NCBI GenBank assembly: GCA_029856125.1
Contig: JAHQWJ010000002.1
Coordinates: forward strand, 1 to 12,138
Length of the DNA stretch: 12,138 nt
Reading direction: 5' to 3'
Source of the DNA: Promethearchaeia archaeon
GTDB taxonomy: Archaea; Asgardarchaeota; Lokiarchaeia; Sigyniarchaeales; SOKP01
Position numbers and translations under genes: made by a program. The notes under the pieces are model-generated. The model made no database searches. It was given only the letters and a program-made list of their open reading frames with translations, and was not told the origin of the DNA. Positions 1 to 7,552 of this stretch are shown one piece after another. Positions within the stretch are counted from its first letter, which is position 1; each line of letters opens with the position of its first letter.

Positions 1-959
1 GCGTTATCAATTGTTTCAAATTGGTTTAATTGCAGTTCAATTTCTCCAAAGTTCAAGTGGGTTAAATCTGGAGACTCAGAATTATACGATTGAATCACTC
101 CGACTTCGCTAGTAGGATGATCCCGAGCCACATCAAAACAGTCTTTTTGCGATTTTGCAATATCGTCTGAAATCTTAACCAAAAACCCGAACTCCTCAGA
201 GTTTGGAATTTTAAGAATATATCCAATTTTAGCTGGCTGCGTAAAGTCGATATCTTCAGGTCTTACGGCTAATTTGTATATATCTGCTACATCAATTTTA
301 AAAGCAACATAATTCGATCCTATTTCTAAACGATCACTTGGAATATCTCGGAAGTAAGATAGGGGTTTTGCATCAGATTTAGTAGGGATCATGACTGTTC
401 CAGGATTTGAAGGACCTCCGCTTATTACGCAAGCCAAAGACCACCCATTGATCTTCAATCCCGGTTGGAAGAAAACGCAATCATCTACGAATTCAATGCC
501 GCAATAACTCAAACCTGTCAAAATCGGTTCTTTTTTTAATGTGAGTTGGCGTGTTATTTCTCCATTATAAATTTCTTTTTTTATTTTTGATTCGACTGTT
601 ACCGGACTTGATATTGTACACGAAGTTGAGGATTCTGCTAAAATATCGTAATAAGCAGGGTCTAATCCTTGAGGACAAAACCAATTTTCCCAATTTTGAG
701 GATTTTCGTAAAAGAATTCTCTTTCAGGGCTAATCCAATATCTATCTCCACCTATATCCCACTGCCTACTTTGAACTTTTTTTTTTATATCGGGATTAAT
801 CCATAACAAACTATAATTATCATTCTTTGGGAAAAGTCCTAAAAGACGCCCTCCATATTCTGAGATAATCGCGGAACTTTCGTTATTGAAATTTAGTTCG
901 ACAACATTCCCAATATCGTTCTTATTGGAGAGTAACGATTCTTTAGTAAAGTAGTTCAT
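1..959 (-). CDS. DUF6786-like hypothetical protein, probable beta-sandwich (mutarotase-like) fold; runs off the left edge
   Basis: Manual translation from ATG at 959 is open for 319 codons to the window edge: MNYFTKESLL...SEYGGRLLGLFP...WINP...IGGDRYWISPE...QSYN...FGEIE. The YGGRxLG, GGDRxWxxPE and FGExE motifs recall DUF6786. It is absent from the ORF track because there is no stop in the window. Confidence 0.8.
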   Translation of the reverse strand, partial: MNYFTKESLLSNKNDIGNVVELNFNNESSAIISEYGGRLLGLFPKNDNYSLLWINPDIKKKVQSRQWDIGGDRYWISPEREFFYENPQNWENWFCPQGLDPAYYDILAESSTSCTISSPVTVESKIKKEIYNGEITRQLTLKKEPILTGLSYCGIEFVDDCVFFQPGLKINGWSLACVISGGPSNPGTVMIPTKSDAKPLSYFRDIPSDRLEIGSNYVAFKIDVADIYKLAVRPEDIDFTQPAKIGYILKIPNSEEFGFLVKISDDIAKSQKDCFDVARDHPTSEVGVIQSYNSESPDLTHLNFGEIELQLNQFETIDN

Positions 960-1099
960 ACTTTAAATTAAAATATTTTGACTAAAAGACTTTTCTGTTA
1001 ATTGCGGACTTTTGCTCAAGGTACTATAAATTGTTATAATAAACTTTTTAATAATATCCTAACATCATTTATTGTAAATTTTATATAGAGGAATCTAAA

Positions 1100-2080
1100 A
1101 TGATTATAAAAGCTACTGATGAGTATTTAGCACTACTAAACCAAGCTGTTGCCCGTGAAATTCAAGTTTCGGCACAATACATGCTGCAACACACGAAAAT
1201 CGAAAAATTGAAGAGAAAAGTGATCAAAGAAAACTATTTACTCGAAACTACGACATACGACGAGTTTGGACAGATTTTAAAAGATCTAGCAATCGAAGAA
1301 ATGAAACATCTTGCTCAAATAAATCAACGCATTTATTTATTGGGTGGAGAGGCAACTACTAAACCAGATCAGGTTATCATAGGAAATTCGATGAGAGAAT
1401 TTGCTGAATTAGATTTAAAGGCAGAGGAAGAAGCTTTGGAGTTATATCGCCAGTTAATCGAAGCAGCTAAAAATATCGGTGACCGAGAAACATGGGTTTT
1501 ATTTACGAAAATTTATAGTGACGAAGAAGAACACTTAATGAAGTTTCAGGATTATTCAGAGATGGAGAACGAACCAGATTTAGGAGAAACTCCTGATTCT
1601 GAATGGAGATCAATATTCGGTCAAGAATACATCGCACTACTCAATAAAGCTCTCGCTAGTGAAATTTCTGCGGTTGTTCAATATACCACCCAACACGAGA
1701 AAGCTGAAGGATTAGAACGAATGAGACGAAAAAAGAATGCGTTAGAGGTTGCTACCGGAAAAAACAAAGCAAGCGTCGTATCAGGAGTCCTTAAAGAGAC
1801 TTTCCTTCAAGAAATGGAACACATGGAAAAAATCTCGGAACGAATCTACGAAATTGATAGAGAATCTATTGCTACAATTAATCCTTTACCTGAGATTGGA
1901 AATTCAGTTGATGAATTTATTAAACTAGATAGGGAAGCAGAAAACTACGCTATTGTCTTATATAGAAAAGTTATAACAGAAGCAACCCGACTAGGAGACA
2001 TTAAAACGAAAAAACTTTTTGAAGATATTATTCAAGATGAAGAAACCCATTATTGGGCGTTTGACGATTTCCTACCCTGA
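1100..2080 (+). CDS. Tandem two-domain ferritin/bacterioferritin-like protein
   Basis: Two homologous halves: YLALLNQAVAREI..QY..QH / EEMKH / DLKAE / DEEEH and YIALLNKALASEI..QY..QH / QEMEH / DREAE / DEETH. Each has the full E, ExxH, E, ExxH di-iron pattern. GAGG RBS-like motif just upstream. Confidence 0.9.
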   Translation: MIIKATDEYLALLNQAVAREIQVSAQYMLQHTKIEKLKRKVIKENYLLETTTYDEFGQILKDLAIEEMKHLAQINQRIYLLGGEATTKPDQVIIGNSMREFAELDLKAEEEALELYRQLIEAAKNIGDRETWVLFTKIYSDEEEHLMKFQDYSEMENEPDLGETPDSEWRSIFGQEYIALLNKALASEISAVVQYTTQHEKAEGLERMRRKKNALEVATGKNKASVVSGVLKETFLQEMEHMEKISERIYEIDRESIATINPLPEIGNSVDEFIKLDREAENYAIVLYRKVITEATRLGDIKTKKLFEDIIQDEETHYWAFDDFLP

Positions 2081-2110
2081 TTTTTTAACCTTTTTTTTTA
2101 TTTTTTTTAT
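2081..2110 (+). terminator. Oligo-T terminator after the ferritin-like gene
   Basis: T6, T9 and T8 runs immediately after the TGA, in the gap between convergent genes. Confidence 0.55.
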
Positions 2111-2114
2111 TCTA

Positions 2115-2519
2115 TTAGTCACAATACTCATGCGTTGCGCACATTTCTTTTATAACCGCACTGAATGGTCTAAACTTGTGTACTAAATTAGGATCGAAAG
2201 AATCTCCAAAGCTTTTAAGAAATTTCTCCGCTATATCTTTTCCTTGTTGTTTCCATATTTCAATAGGATCTTCTTGATCTACAAGTATTATAACATTTAT
2301 TGGATATTTCGGAATTATAATACAGTTATGTCCCTTAATTCCTTCAGTGGCAATTAACACTACATATCCAATGTTTAGTTCTGCTGTAATGCTCTGTATT
2401 GCGCTCATAAAGCCACTGAATATATCTGAATGTTCAGTTTTCATGATCGTATGTTCTTGTCGATATTCCAATAAATTTAAACCAGTGTCTACGTGTTGGA
2501 TCAAGATGATGTCTAGCAT
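2115..2519 (-). CDS. Stand-alone longin/roadblock-like domain protein
   Basis: 134 aa with a beta-beta-alpha-beta-beta-beta-alpha pattern: IILIQHVDTGLNLLEY, helix DIFSGFMSAIQSITAEL, strands ending IILVD, then EKFLKSF...F. This is typical of Asgard longin-like proteins. Confidence 0.7.
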   Translation of the reverse strand: MLDIILIQHVDTGLNLLEYRQEHTIMKTEHSDIFSGFMSAIQSITAELNIGYVVLIATEGIKGHNCIIIPKYPINVIILVDQEDPIEIWKQQGKDIAEKFLKSFGDSFDPNLVHKFRPFSAVIKEMCATHEYCD

Positions 2520-2676
2520 AAGTAACGTTTTCTCATTGTAAATTATTATTTAGTCTAAATGATGTAAAAATTAAGAATCTCTTCAAAAACCATAAGCGTG
2601 TAACCTTTTTTAAATTATAACAAAATAATATTTAAACTAAAGCGAGATATAATTTTCTAAAATTAGAGGTGAAAAT

Positions 2677-3045
2677 ATGCCTAAAATTGTTCATTTTGAA
2701 ATTAATGCGGATGATCCAATAAGAGCAAAAAAGTTTTACGAAAAAGTGTTTAATTGGAAAATTGAGCATTGGGAAGGTCCAATGGAGTATTGGACGATTG
2801 ATGCTGGAGAAGAAGATGAAGAGGGGATAGGTGGGGGATTACAAAAACGAGAGCATTCTGAAGATCAGATTTTTAATTATATAAAAGTTCCTTCAGTAGA
2901 AGAATTTAGCAAAAAAATTGAAAAAAGTGGAGGAACTCTAGAGTCACCAAAAATAACGGTTCCTACTGTTGGTTATTTCTACATGTTTAAAGATACTGAA
3001 GGAAACAAGTTAGGAATAATGCAAGAAGATAATTCAGCAGAATGA
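2677..3045 (+). CDS. VOC family (glyoxalase/bleomycin resistance) protein
   Basis: IVHFEI..DD..RAKKFYEKVFNW, GIGGGL, GG..., FKDTEGNKLGIMQ. GAGGTGA RBS upstream. Confidence 0.93.
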   Translation: MPKIVHFEINADDPIRAKKFYEKVFNWKIEHWEGPMEYWTIDAGEEDEEGIGGGLQKREHSEDQIFNYIKVPSVEEFSKKIEKSGGTLESPKITVPTVGYFYMFKDTEGNKLGIMQEDNSAE

Positions 3046-3201
3046 GTGATAATTAAAACAAAATTTTATTTTAATTTTTTTAGTTAGTTGTAAAAATCTT
3101 TTTATTTTTTAGTATATATGGATTTAACATTTTGTATAGGTTCTTACGGTTCATAAAGATTTATTACTAATTCTAATTTTAACTGGATAGGGATATAAAC
3201 T

Positions 3202-4344
3202 ATGAAAATTGATGGGTATTATGATGAGCGCTTTATTTCAGTAAAACACGCCTTTGAGAAAAATTTTGAGTTGGGATTAGAGGTTGGCGCTTCTTTTGCT
3301 GTTTCATTAAACGGTAAATTAGTAGTAGATATTTGGGGAGGTTTTTCGGATTCAGCTAAAACAAAACGATGGGAAAAAGATACTATTGTTAATGTTTTCT
3401 CAACGACAAAGGTCATGACAGCATTGTGTATACATATGTTGGTTGATAGAGGCTTAATAGATGTGGGAGCACCCGTCGCTAAATATTGGCCTGAGTTTGC
3501 CCAAGCTAGTAAAGAAGATATACTAGTTAAACATCTTATGAGTCACAGCGCAGGTTTACCGGGATTTGATGAAAAAATCCCTGTTGAGGCTTTATACGAT
3601 TGGGATCGCATTTTAGGTTTATTAGCTTCACAGAAGCCTTGGTGGAAATCAGGTACTAAGATTGGATATCACATGATAACTTTTGGATATCTATTAGGTG
3701 AACTAGTACGAAAAGTTACTGGCAAGAGTTTAGGTGAGTTCTTTCGAGATGAGATTGCCGTTCCTCTTAATATTGATTTTCACATTGGTTTACCTGAAAA
3801 CCTTGATTCTAGGACTTCAAATATTATTCCTCCCGAAGAGGTTTTTGCTAAATGGCAAATTGTTTTAGCTAAATTGTTTCTTAAAAAGGCTGTAAAAGTG
3901 TTATACAATCCAAACTTAGAAAATGCCGATTTTAATAGTCGAGAATGGCGTTCTGCAGAAATCCCTGCTTCTAATGGGCACGGAAACGCGAGATCGATTG
4001 CTAATGTTGGATCTATATTAGCTTGCGGAGGTATGTATGATAAGAAAAAGATACTCTCAATGTCCACAGTAGAAAAAGCTATTGAACCACAAATCAGCGG
4101 CCGAGATAAAATTCTGCTTTATTCTCCTGCCAAATTTGGTTTGGGATTTGGTCTTCTAAACGATGAACTATTGCTTGGACCTCGAAGTTTTTACTGGAGC
4201 GGTGCCGGAGGTTCTATCTGCGTTATGGATCTTGAGAAAAAATTGAGTATAGGATATGCTATGAATAAAATGTATATGAAAGGCGAAGACCCAAGAACAG
4301 GAAAACTTGTTAAAGCAGTATGGGACGTAATAAATAAAAATTAA
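3202..4344 (+). CDS. Serine hydrolase, beta-lactamase class C-like (family VIII esterase type)
   Basis: EVGASFAV, VDIWGG, catalytic SxxK (FSTTK), LMSHSAGL, GYH..TFGYLLGE, FYWSGAGGS. Confidence 0.92.
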   Translation: MKIDGYYDERFISVKHAFEKNFELGLEVGASFAVSLNGKLVVDIWGGFSDSAKTKRWEKDTIVNVFSTTKVMTALCIHMLVDRGLIDVGAPVAKYWPEFAQASKEDILVKHLMSHSAGLPGFDEKIPVEALYDWDRILGLLASQKPWWKSGTKIGYHMITFGYLLGELVRKVTGKSLGEFFRDEIAVPLNIDFHIGLPENLDSRTSNIIPPEEVFAKWQIVLAKLFLKKAVKVLYNPNLENADFNSREWRSAEIPASNGHGNARSIANVGSILACGGMYDKKKILSMSTVEKAIEPQISGRDKILLYSPAKFGLGFGLLNDELLLGPRSFYWSGAGGSICVMDLEKKLSIGYAMNKMYMKGEDPRTGKLVKAVWDVINKN

Positions 4345-4448
4345 CTTATTGTTCTAAAAAAATTATGTCATAGATTATTCCAAGATGGAACATTCTAAAT
4401 TGGATTATTAATCATCTCATTTGGAAAGAGAATGGTTCTTTAAAGGTT

Positions 4449-5174
4449 TTATTTTTTTTTAAAAGCTTCCTTGATCGTCATTGAAAGCGTTTCGTCGAAA
4501 GTTTGCCCTTCAGTTATGCATTTATACGCTAATTCCTCAGAGTGAAACAATTCGGTAAAATATCCTAACCAATAACGAGAATACCTTTTATTTTGCCTGT
4601 GCTTGAATAATAGATGAAACTCATCTCCTTCGTGATGTACATCTATTTTATAGAAATAATTAGCAACAACCCAAATCTTCTGGACGGTCGTGATTAATTC
4701 TTCAAGTTTAAGACTTTTTAAAGGCTTTCCGGTATACCAAAGGATTAAATCGATAGCAACATTTTTCTTAAAGGGCTTTTCTAAAGAGTCTTTAGGAGCT
4801 TCAGCAGCCGTGATTAATTGATTGAAAGTAGTTTTTCCTATTAGCATCATCTTCATTTCATCCCGAGTTCTTACCCATAAATCGCGATCAAGATTCTTTT
4901 GCCTCCCATAATAAGAGATAGCGCGTTCCAAAAAGGAAATTAAATTTTCCTCCTCTTCCTTATAAGTATCAATAACAGCCTTAACTTCAGGTAGCATTGA
5001 ATTATATTCATCATACATTTCAACTGCGTCTTTAACAAGATTAGAAATTGTTGTTCCTAGATGTTTATACTTGTCAATTATGTTTCGAGTTGTTTCATCT
5101 ACTTGAACAAATAAGGGTTTAACTTTATGATCTGATTCTTTCGTTCCGTCAGTCTTACTATTATTTTTTGCCAT
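4449..5174 (-). CDS. Putative transcription regulator: N-terminal RHH-like region plus C-terminal alpha/beta (V4R-like) domain
   Basis: KPLFVQVDETTRNIIDKYK..GTTISNLVKDAVEMY fits strand-helix-helix. The C-terminal YFYKIDVH..FHLLFKH..KRYSRYWLGYFTELF resembles V4R-like domains. The ATG at 5174 is preferred; the ORF track starts at GTG 5183. Confidence 0.55.
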   Translation of the reverse strand: MAKNNSKTDGTKESDHKVKPLFVQVDETTRNIIDKYKHLGTTISNLVKDAVEMYDEYNSMLPEVKAVIDTYKEEEENLISFLERAISYYGRQKNLDRDLWVRTRDEMKMMLIGKTTFNQLITAAEAPKDSLEKPFKKNVAIDLILWYTGKPLKSLKLEELITTVQKIWVVANYFYKIDVHHEGDEFHLLFKHRQNKRYSRYWLGYFTELFHSEELAYKCITEGQTFDETLSMTIKEAFKKK

Positions 5175-5312
5175 ATTCAACACTTCGGAAAAGCAGTAAT
5201 ATATATTTCTATATTAACCAATTAAGTTAATAAATGTTCAGATTATATATACTTAATCTTCCGTATGTAATAATTTAATTATATTAATATATAAAAAAAT
5301 ATCTATTTGTTC

Positions 5313-5347
5313 AATATTTTTAAATATTTTTAAATATTTTTAAATAT
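5313..5347. repeat. 10-bp tandem repeat (AATATTTTTA)x3.5
   Basis: Read directly from the sequence in the divergent intergenic region. Confidence 0.8.
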
Positions 5348-5349
5348 AT

Positions 5350-5371
5350 TCGAGAAGATAAGGATTCTCGA
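5350..5371. promoter_or_regulatory. Inverted repeat TCGAGAA-N8-TTCTCGA, candidate operator
   Basis: Perfect 7-bp arms (5350-5356 and 5365-5371) that are relatively GC-rich within a very AT-rich intergenic region between divergent genes. Confidence 0.45.
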
Positions 5372-5447
5372 GCTTAAGACTTATTTTTTTAACATAATTC
5401 ATTTATGCGAAACATTTAAATATATAATTATCTATTTAATATATGGG

Positions 5448-5474
5448 AATATAGAAAAATATAGAAAAATATAG
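5448..5474. repeat. 10-bp tandem repeat (AATATAGAAA)x2.7, continuing degenerately to 5500
   Basis: Units start at 5448, 5458 and 5468. Looser copies AATATATAAA at 5480 and AATATAAAA at 5492. Confidence 0.7.
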
Positions 5475-5499
5475 TATTCAATATATAAAAAAATATAAA

Positions 5500-5649
5500 A
5501 TGTGGATAATAGATAAGATTTTCAAATCTGATTGTAATAAGCTACAAAGAAGAAAGAGTAGCAAGAATTGTATTGAGAGAAGAATATGGCAAATCTTAGA
5601 TATGAGTATTGCAGAGGAACATCTTTATTTCCGATGTCCACATCCATGA
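5500..5649 (+). CDS. Small hypothetical protein, 49 aa (not in the ORF track)
   Basis: ATG5500..TGA5649: MWIIDKIFKSDCNKLQRRKSSKNCIERRIWQILDMSIAEEHLYFRCPHP. It fills the gap between the AT-rich promoter region and the next gene on the same strand. Confidence 0.5.
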   Translation: MWIIDKIFKSDCNKLQRRKSSKNCIERRIWQILDMSIAEEHLYFRCPHP

Positions 5650-5691
5650 TAATCACAAGAACTAATAAAAAAGGATAAGATAAATAAAAAA

Positions 5692-6108
5692 ATGCCGAGA
5701 AATAATTCGATAGTAGGTTCTATAGTAGGATTAATACTTTTCTTAGGATTCGGAGTGTTTTTTCTTTTTGGATCGAGCTCATTCTTCCTTTTTAACTTTA
5801 CGCCGTTTTTTCCAATGATTATTATTATTATCATTATAGGAATAGCTGGAGCTGCGTCAGCGAGCTCAAAGCGATCAAAGCAGTTAACCTGTTGTTCACC
5901 GAAGGTACATAGTCAATATCAGTATTATCCTCCGGAAAATTCAAGATCAAATCCATACATCGTTAAGACTTCGAGTAGCTCTACGGTTCGACCTATATAT
6001 ATAGAGGATGCTGAACCTGAAAAAACAATAGCTAACTTCTGTCAATATTGCGGTACAAAAAAAGATAAAAACGCTGTATATTGCCATAGTTGTGGTACAA
6101 AACTGTAA
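5692..6108 (+). CDS. Membrane protein with two N-terminal TM helices and a C-terminal zinc ribbon
   Basis: Hydrophobic IVGSIVGLILFLGFGVFFLF and FFPMIIIIIIIGIAGAA, a Ser/Pro/Tyr-rich linker, and terminal FCQYCG...YCHSCGTKL (two CxxC pairs). Confidence 0.85.
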   Translation: MPRNNSIVGSIVGLILFLGFGVFFLFGSSSFFLFNFTPFFPMIIIIIIIGIAGAASASSKRSKQLTCCSPKVHSQYQYYPPENSRSNPYIVKTSSSSTVRPIYIEDAEPEKTIANFCQYCGTKKDKNAVYCHSCGTKL

Positions 6109-6142
6109 ATATTGATATAACAATCAAGTAAACCAAATTACG

Positions 6143-6343
6143 ATGGGAAGAAAGAATAAAAAAAAGATAAATTACAAAAAGTTAAGAGGAAATAAGCGTT
6201 TCAAACGAGATAATGTAGAAAAAAAACGCTTAGAAAAATTAGAGAAGGCGAACCATAAAAAGAAATTAAAAGCAAGGATTAATTTGAGATTAAAAAAGTT
6301 AGCCCGTGTGGTAAATTTAAATTCTCAAAATTTAGTCGATTAA
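6143..6343 (+). CDS. Small, highly basic hypothetical protein
   Basis: 66 aa with 26 K/R and 5 D/E. It fits between co-oriented genes (34-bp and 46-bp gaps). A-rich DNA could inflate Lys content. Confidence 0.55.
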   Translation: MGRKNKKKINYKKLRGNKRFKRDNVEKKRLEKLEKANHKKKLKARINLRLKKLARVVNLNSQNLVD

Positions 6344-6389
6344 TTACCAATTTTTGTTAACTTCATTAATAATATAGGGTGAAAAATAA

Positions 6390-7256
6390 ATGGACATTTA
6401 CGATATTTTCTTTAGTATTTGTTTGGGGTTGTTCATCGGAGGTCTTCTTTTCAGCATAATCTCAGTGTTCTTAGCCCAAATGGAATCACAATCAGTAGGG
6501 CAGGAAATTGACACTGATGTAGATATTGATGCTGATGTCGATATAGATATTGATGTAGATGTCGATATAGATATTGATGCTGATGTCGATATAGATATTG
6601 ATGCAGATGTCGATATAGATATTGATGCAGATGTCGATATAGATATTGATGCAGATTTCGATGTAGATATTGATGCAGATATTGATATGGACATAGATGT
6701 GGATATGGACGCAGGGGTGGAAATTGATAGCGATGTAGACATAGATGTTGACACGGATATTGATATTGATATTGATGCAGATATAGATGTAGATTCAGAT
6801 ATATTCGGCACTACAACTTCCCCTGCTCCAATCATGCTATTGGCGTCTGCATTTCTCTTAGTATTTGGCATTTCAGGAATCTCACTCTACTATATAGTCA
6901 CCATCGAAGCTTTAAAGTTTATAATGTTCATAGGATCCCCTAGTATTGCGCTTATCACTTCGAAATATCTTAATGTAGCTTGGAAACACATTGCGAAATC
7001 GCAGTATTACAAAATTTCCTCAACGCAAAATTTAATAGGGAAAGAAGGAGAGGTCGTATTACCGATCGATGAGAGAGGAGGCGTAATTAGAATAAAGTCA
7101 ACAACCCCTATGAAATACGAGAAGCTTCATGTTAGGCCTTATGACGATACAATTCATTTTGAGAGAGGTATGAAAGTCTATATTGTGGCAGTTAAAGAAA
7201 ATAAAGTGATGGTATCGCAAAATAAAATATTAATTAAAAAAAGAGGTGAAAAATAA
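6390..7256 (+). CDS. NfeD/YqiJ(YuaF)-like membrane protein with a long Asp-hydrophobic repeat loop
   Basis: TM1, acidic loop, APIMLLASAFLLVFGISG TM2, TM3, then an OB-fold signature NLIGKEGEVVLPI...GVIRI...FERGMKVYIVAV. It lies upstream of an SPFH gene, the classic NfeD context. GGGTGA RBS. Confidence 0.88.
   Translation: MDIYDIFFSICLGLFIGGLLFSIISVFLAQMESQSVGQEIDTDVDIDADVDIDIDVDVDIDIDADVDIDIDADVDIDIDADVDIDIDADFDVDIDADIDMDIDVDMDAGVEIDSDVDIDVDTDIDIDIDADIDVDSDIFGTTTSPAPIMLLASAFLLVFGISGISLYYIVTIEALKFIMFIGSPSIALITSKYLNVAWKHIAKSQYYKISSTQNLIGKEGEVVLPIDERGGVIRIKSTTPMKYEKLHVRPYDDTIHFERGMKVYIVAVKENKVMVSQNKILIKKRGEK
6534..6677 (+). repeat. 24-bp coding tandem repeat GATGTCGATATAGATATTGATG(C/T)(A/T): 5 near-perfect copies plus 1 degenerate, encoding DVDIDIDA
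   Basis: Units start at 6534, 6558, 6582, 6606, 6630 and (degenerate) 6654, inside a broader 6-bp periodic tract spanning 6504-6803. Confidence 0.92.
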
Positions 7257-7260
7257 AAAA

Positions 7261-7455
7261 ATGAGCGTAAGTGAAAGAGAAATGGAAGAGAGTAGATACA
7301 ACTGGCTCTATTTTCATGGTGAAGATGTACGAACTGAAAAGTTTAAAAAGAAAATCAACAAAAGACCTACTTTAACTTATGCTATTTTGATAAACACAGC
7401 TATTATTTTGGGTTGTATCTTGATAATTTGGATATTAGCCAACTTAATGGGTTAG
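7261..7455 (+). CDS. Small C-terminally membrane-anchored hypothetical protein (64 aa)
   Basis: ATG 7261 follows GAGGTGA (7243-7249), so it is preferred over the GTG at 7246. C-terminal TM TYAILINTAIILGCILIIWILANLM. Confidence 0.7.
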   Translation: MSVSEREMEESRYNWLYFHGEDVRTEKFKKKINKRPTLTYAILINTAIILGCILIIWILANLMG

Positions 7456-7552
7456 TATTTCAAAGATAATTAAATTTACAAAAAAAAATTGATTAAAAAT
7501 AGAAAAAAAAACCAAAAAAAATTAAAAACAAAGGAGGTTATTCAAGAAAAAA

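Noticed and set aside
551-733. 60-aa plus-strand ORF
   Set aside because: Antisense shadow inside the long minus-strand gene 1-959.
1026-1039. TATAA-N4-TTATA palindrome upstream of the ferritin-like gene as a metal-regulator box
   Set aside because: Short and all-AT in an AT-rich promoter; indistinguishable from TATA elements or chance.
2347-2541. 64-aa plus-strand ORF
   Set aside because: Antisense to the longin-like gene, with no recognisable motifs.
3219-4067. Two minus-strand ORFs (3219-3416, 3780-4067)
   Set aside because: Antisense shadows of the serine hydrolase.
5647-5652. TGA followed by TAA as a possible C-terminal selenocysteine codon in the sORF
   Set aside because: No redox motif context and no SECIS-like hairpin recognised; tandem stops are common in AT-rich genomes.
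5625-5834. 69-aa minus-strand ORF
   Set aside because: Antisense to the zinc-ribbon membrane protein.
6534-6677. 24-bp repeats as a CRISPR array
   Set aside because: Units are contiguous with no spacers and are in frame within a CDS; no cas genes nearby.
6398-6871. 157-aa Ser/Ile/Thr-rich minus-strand ORF
   Set aside because: Mirror of the Asp-hydrophobic repeat; it is open only because the repeat lacks antisense stops.
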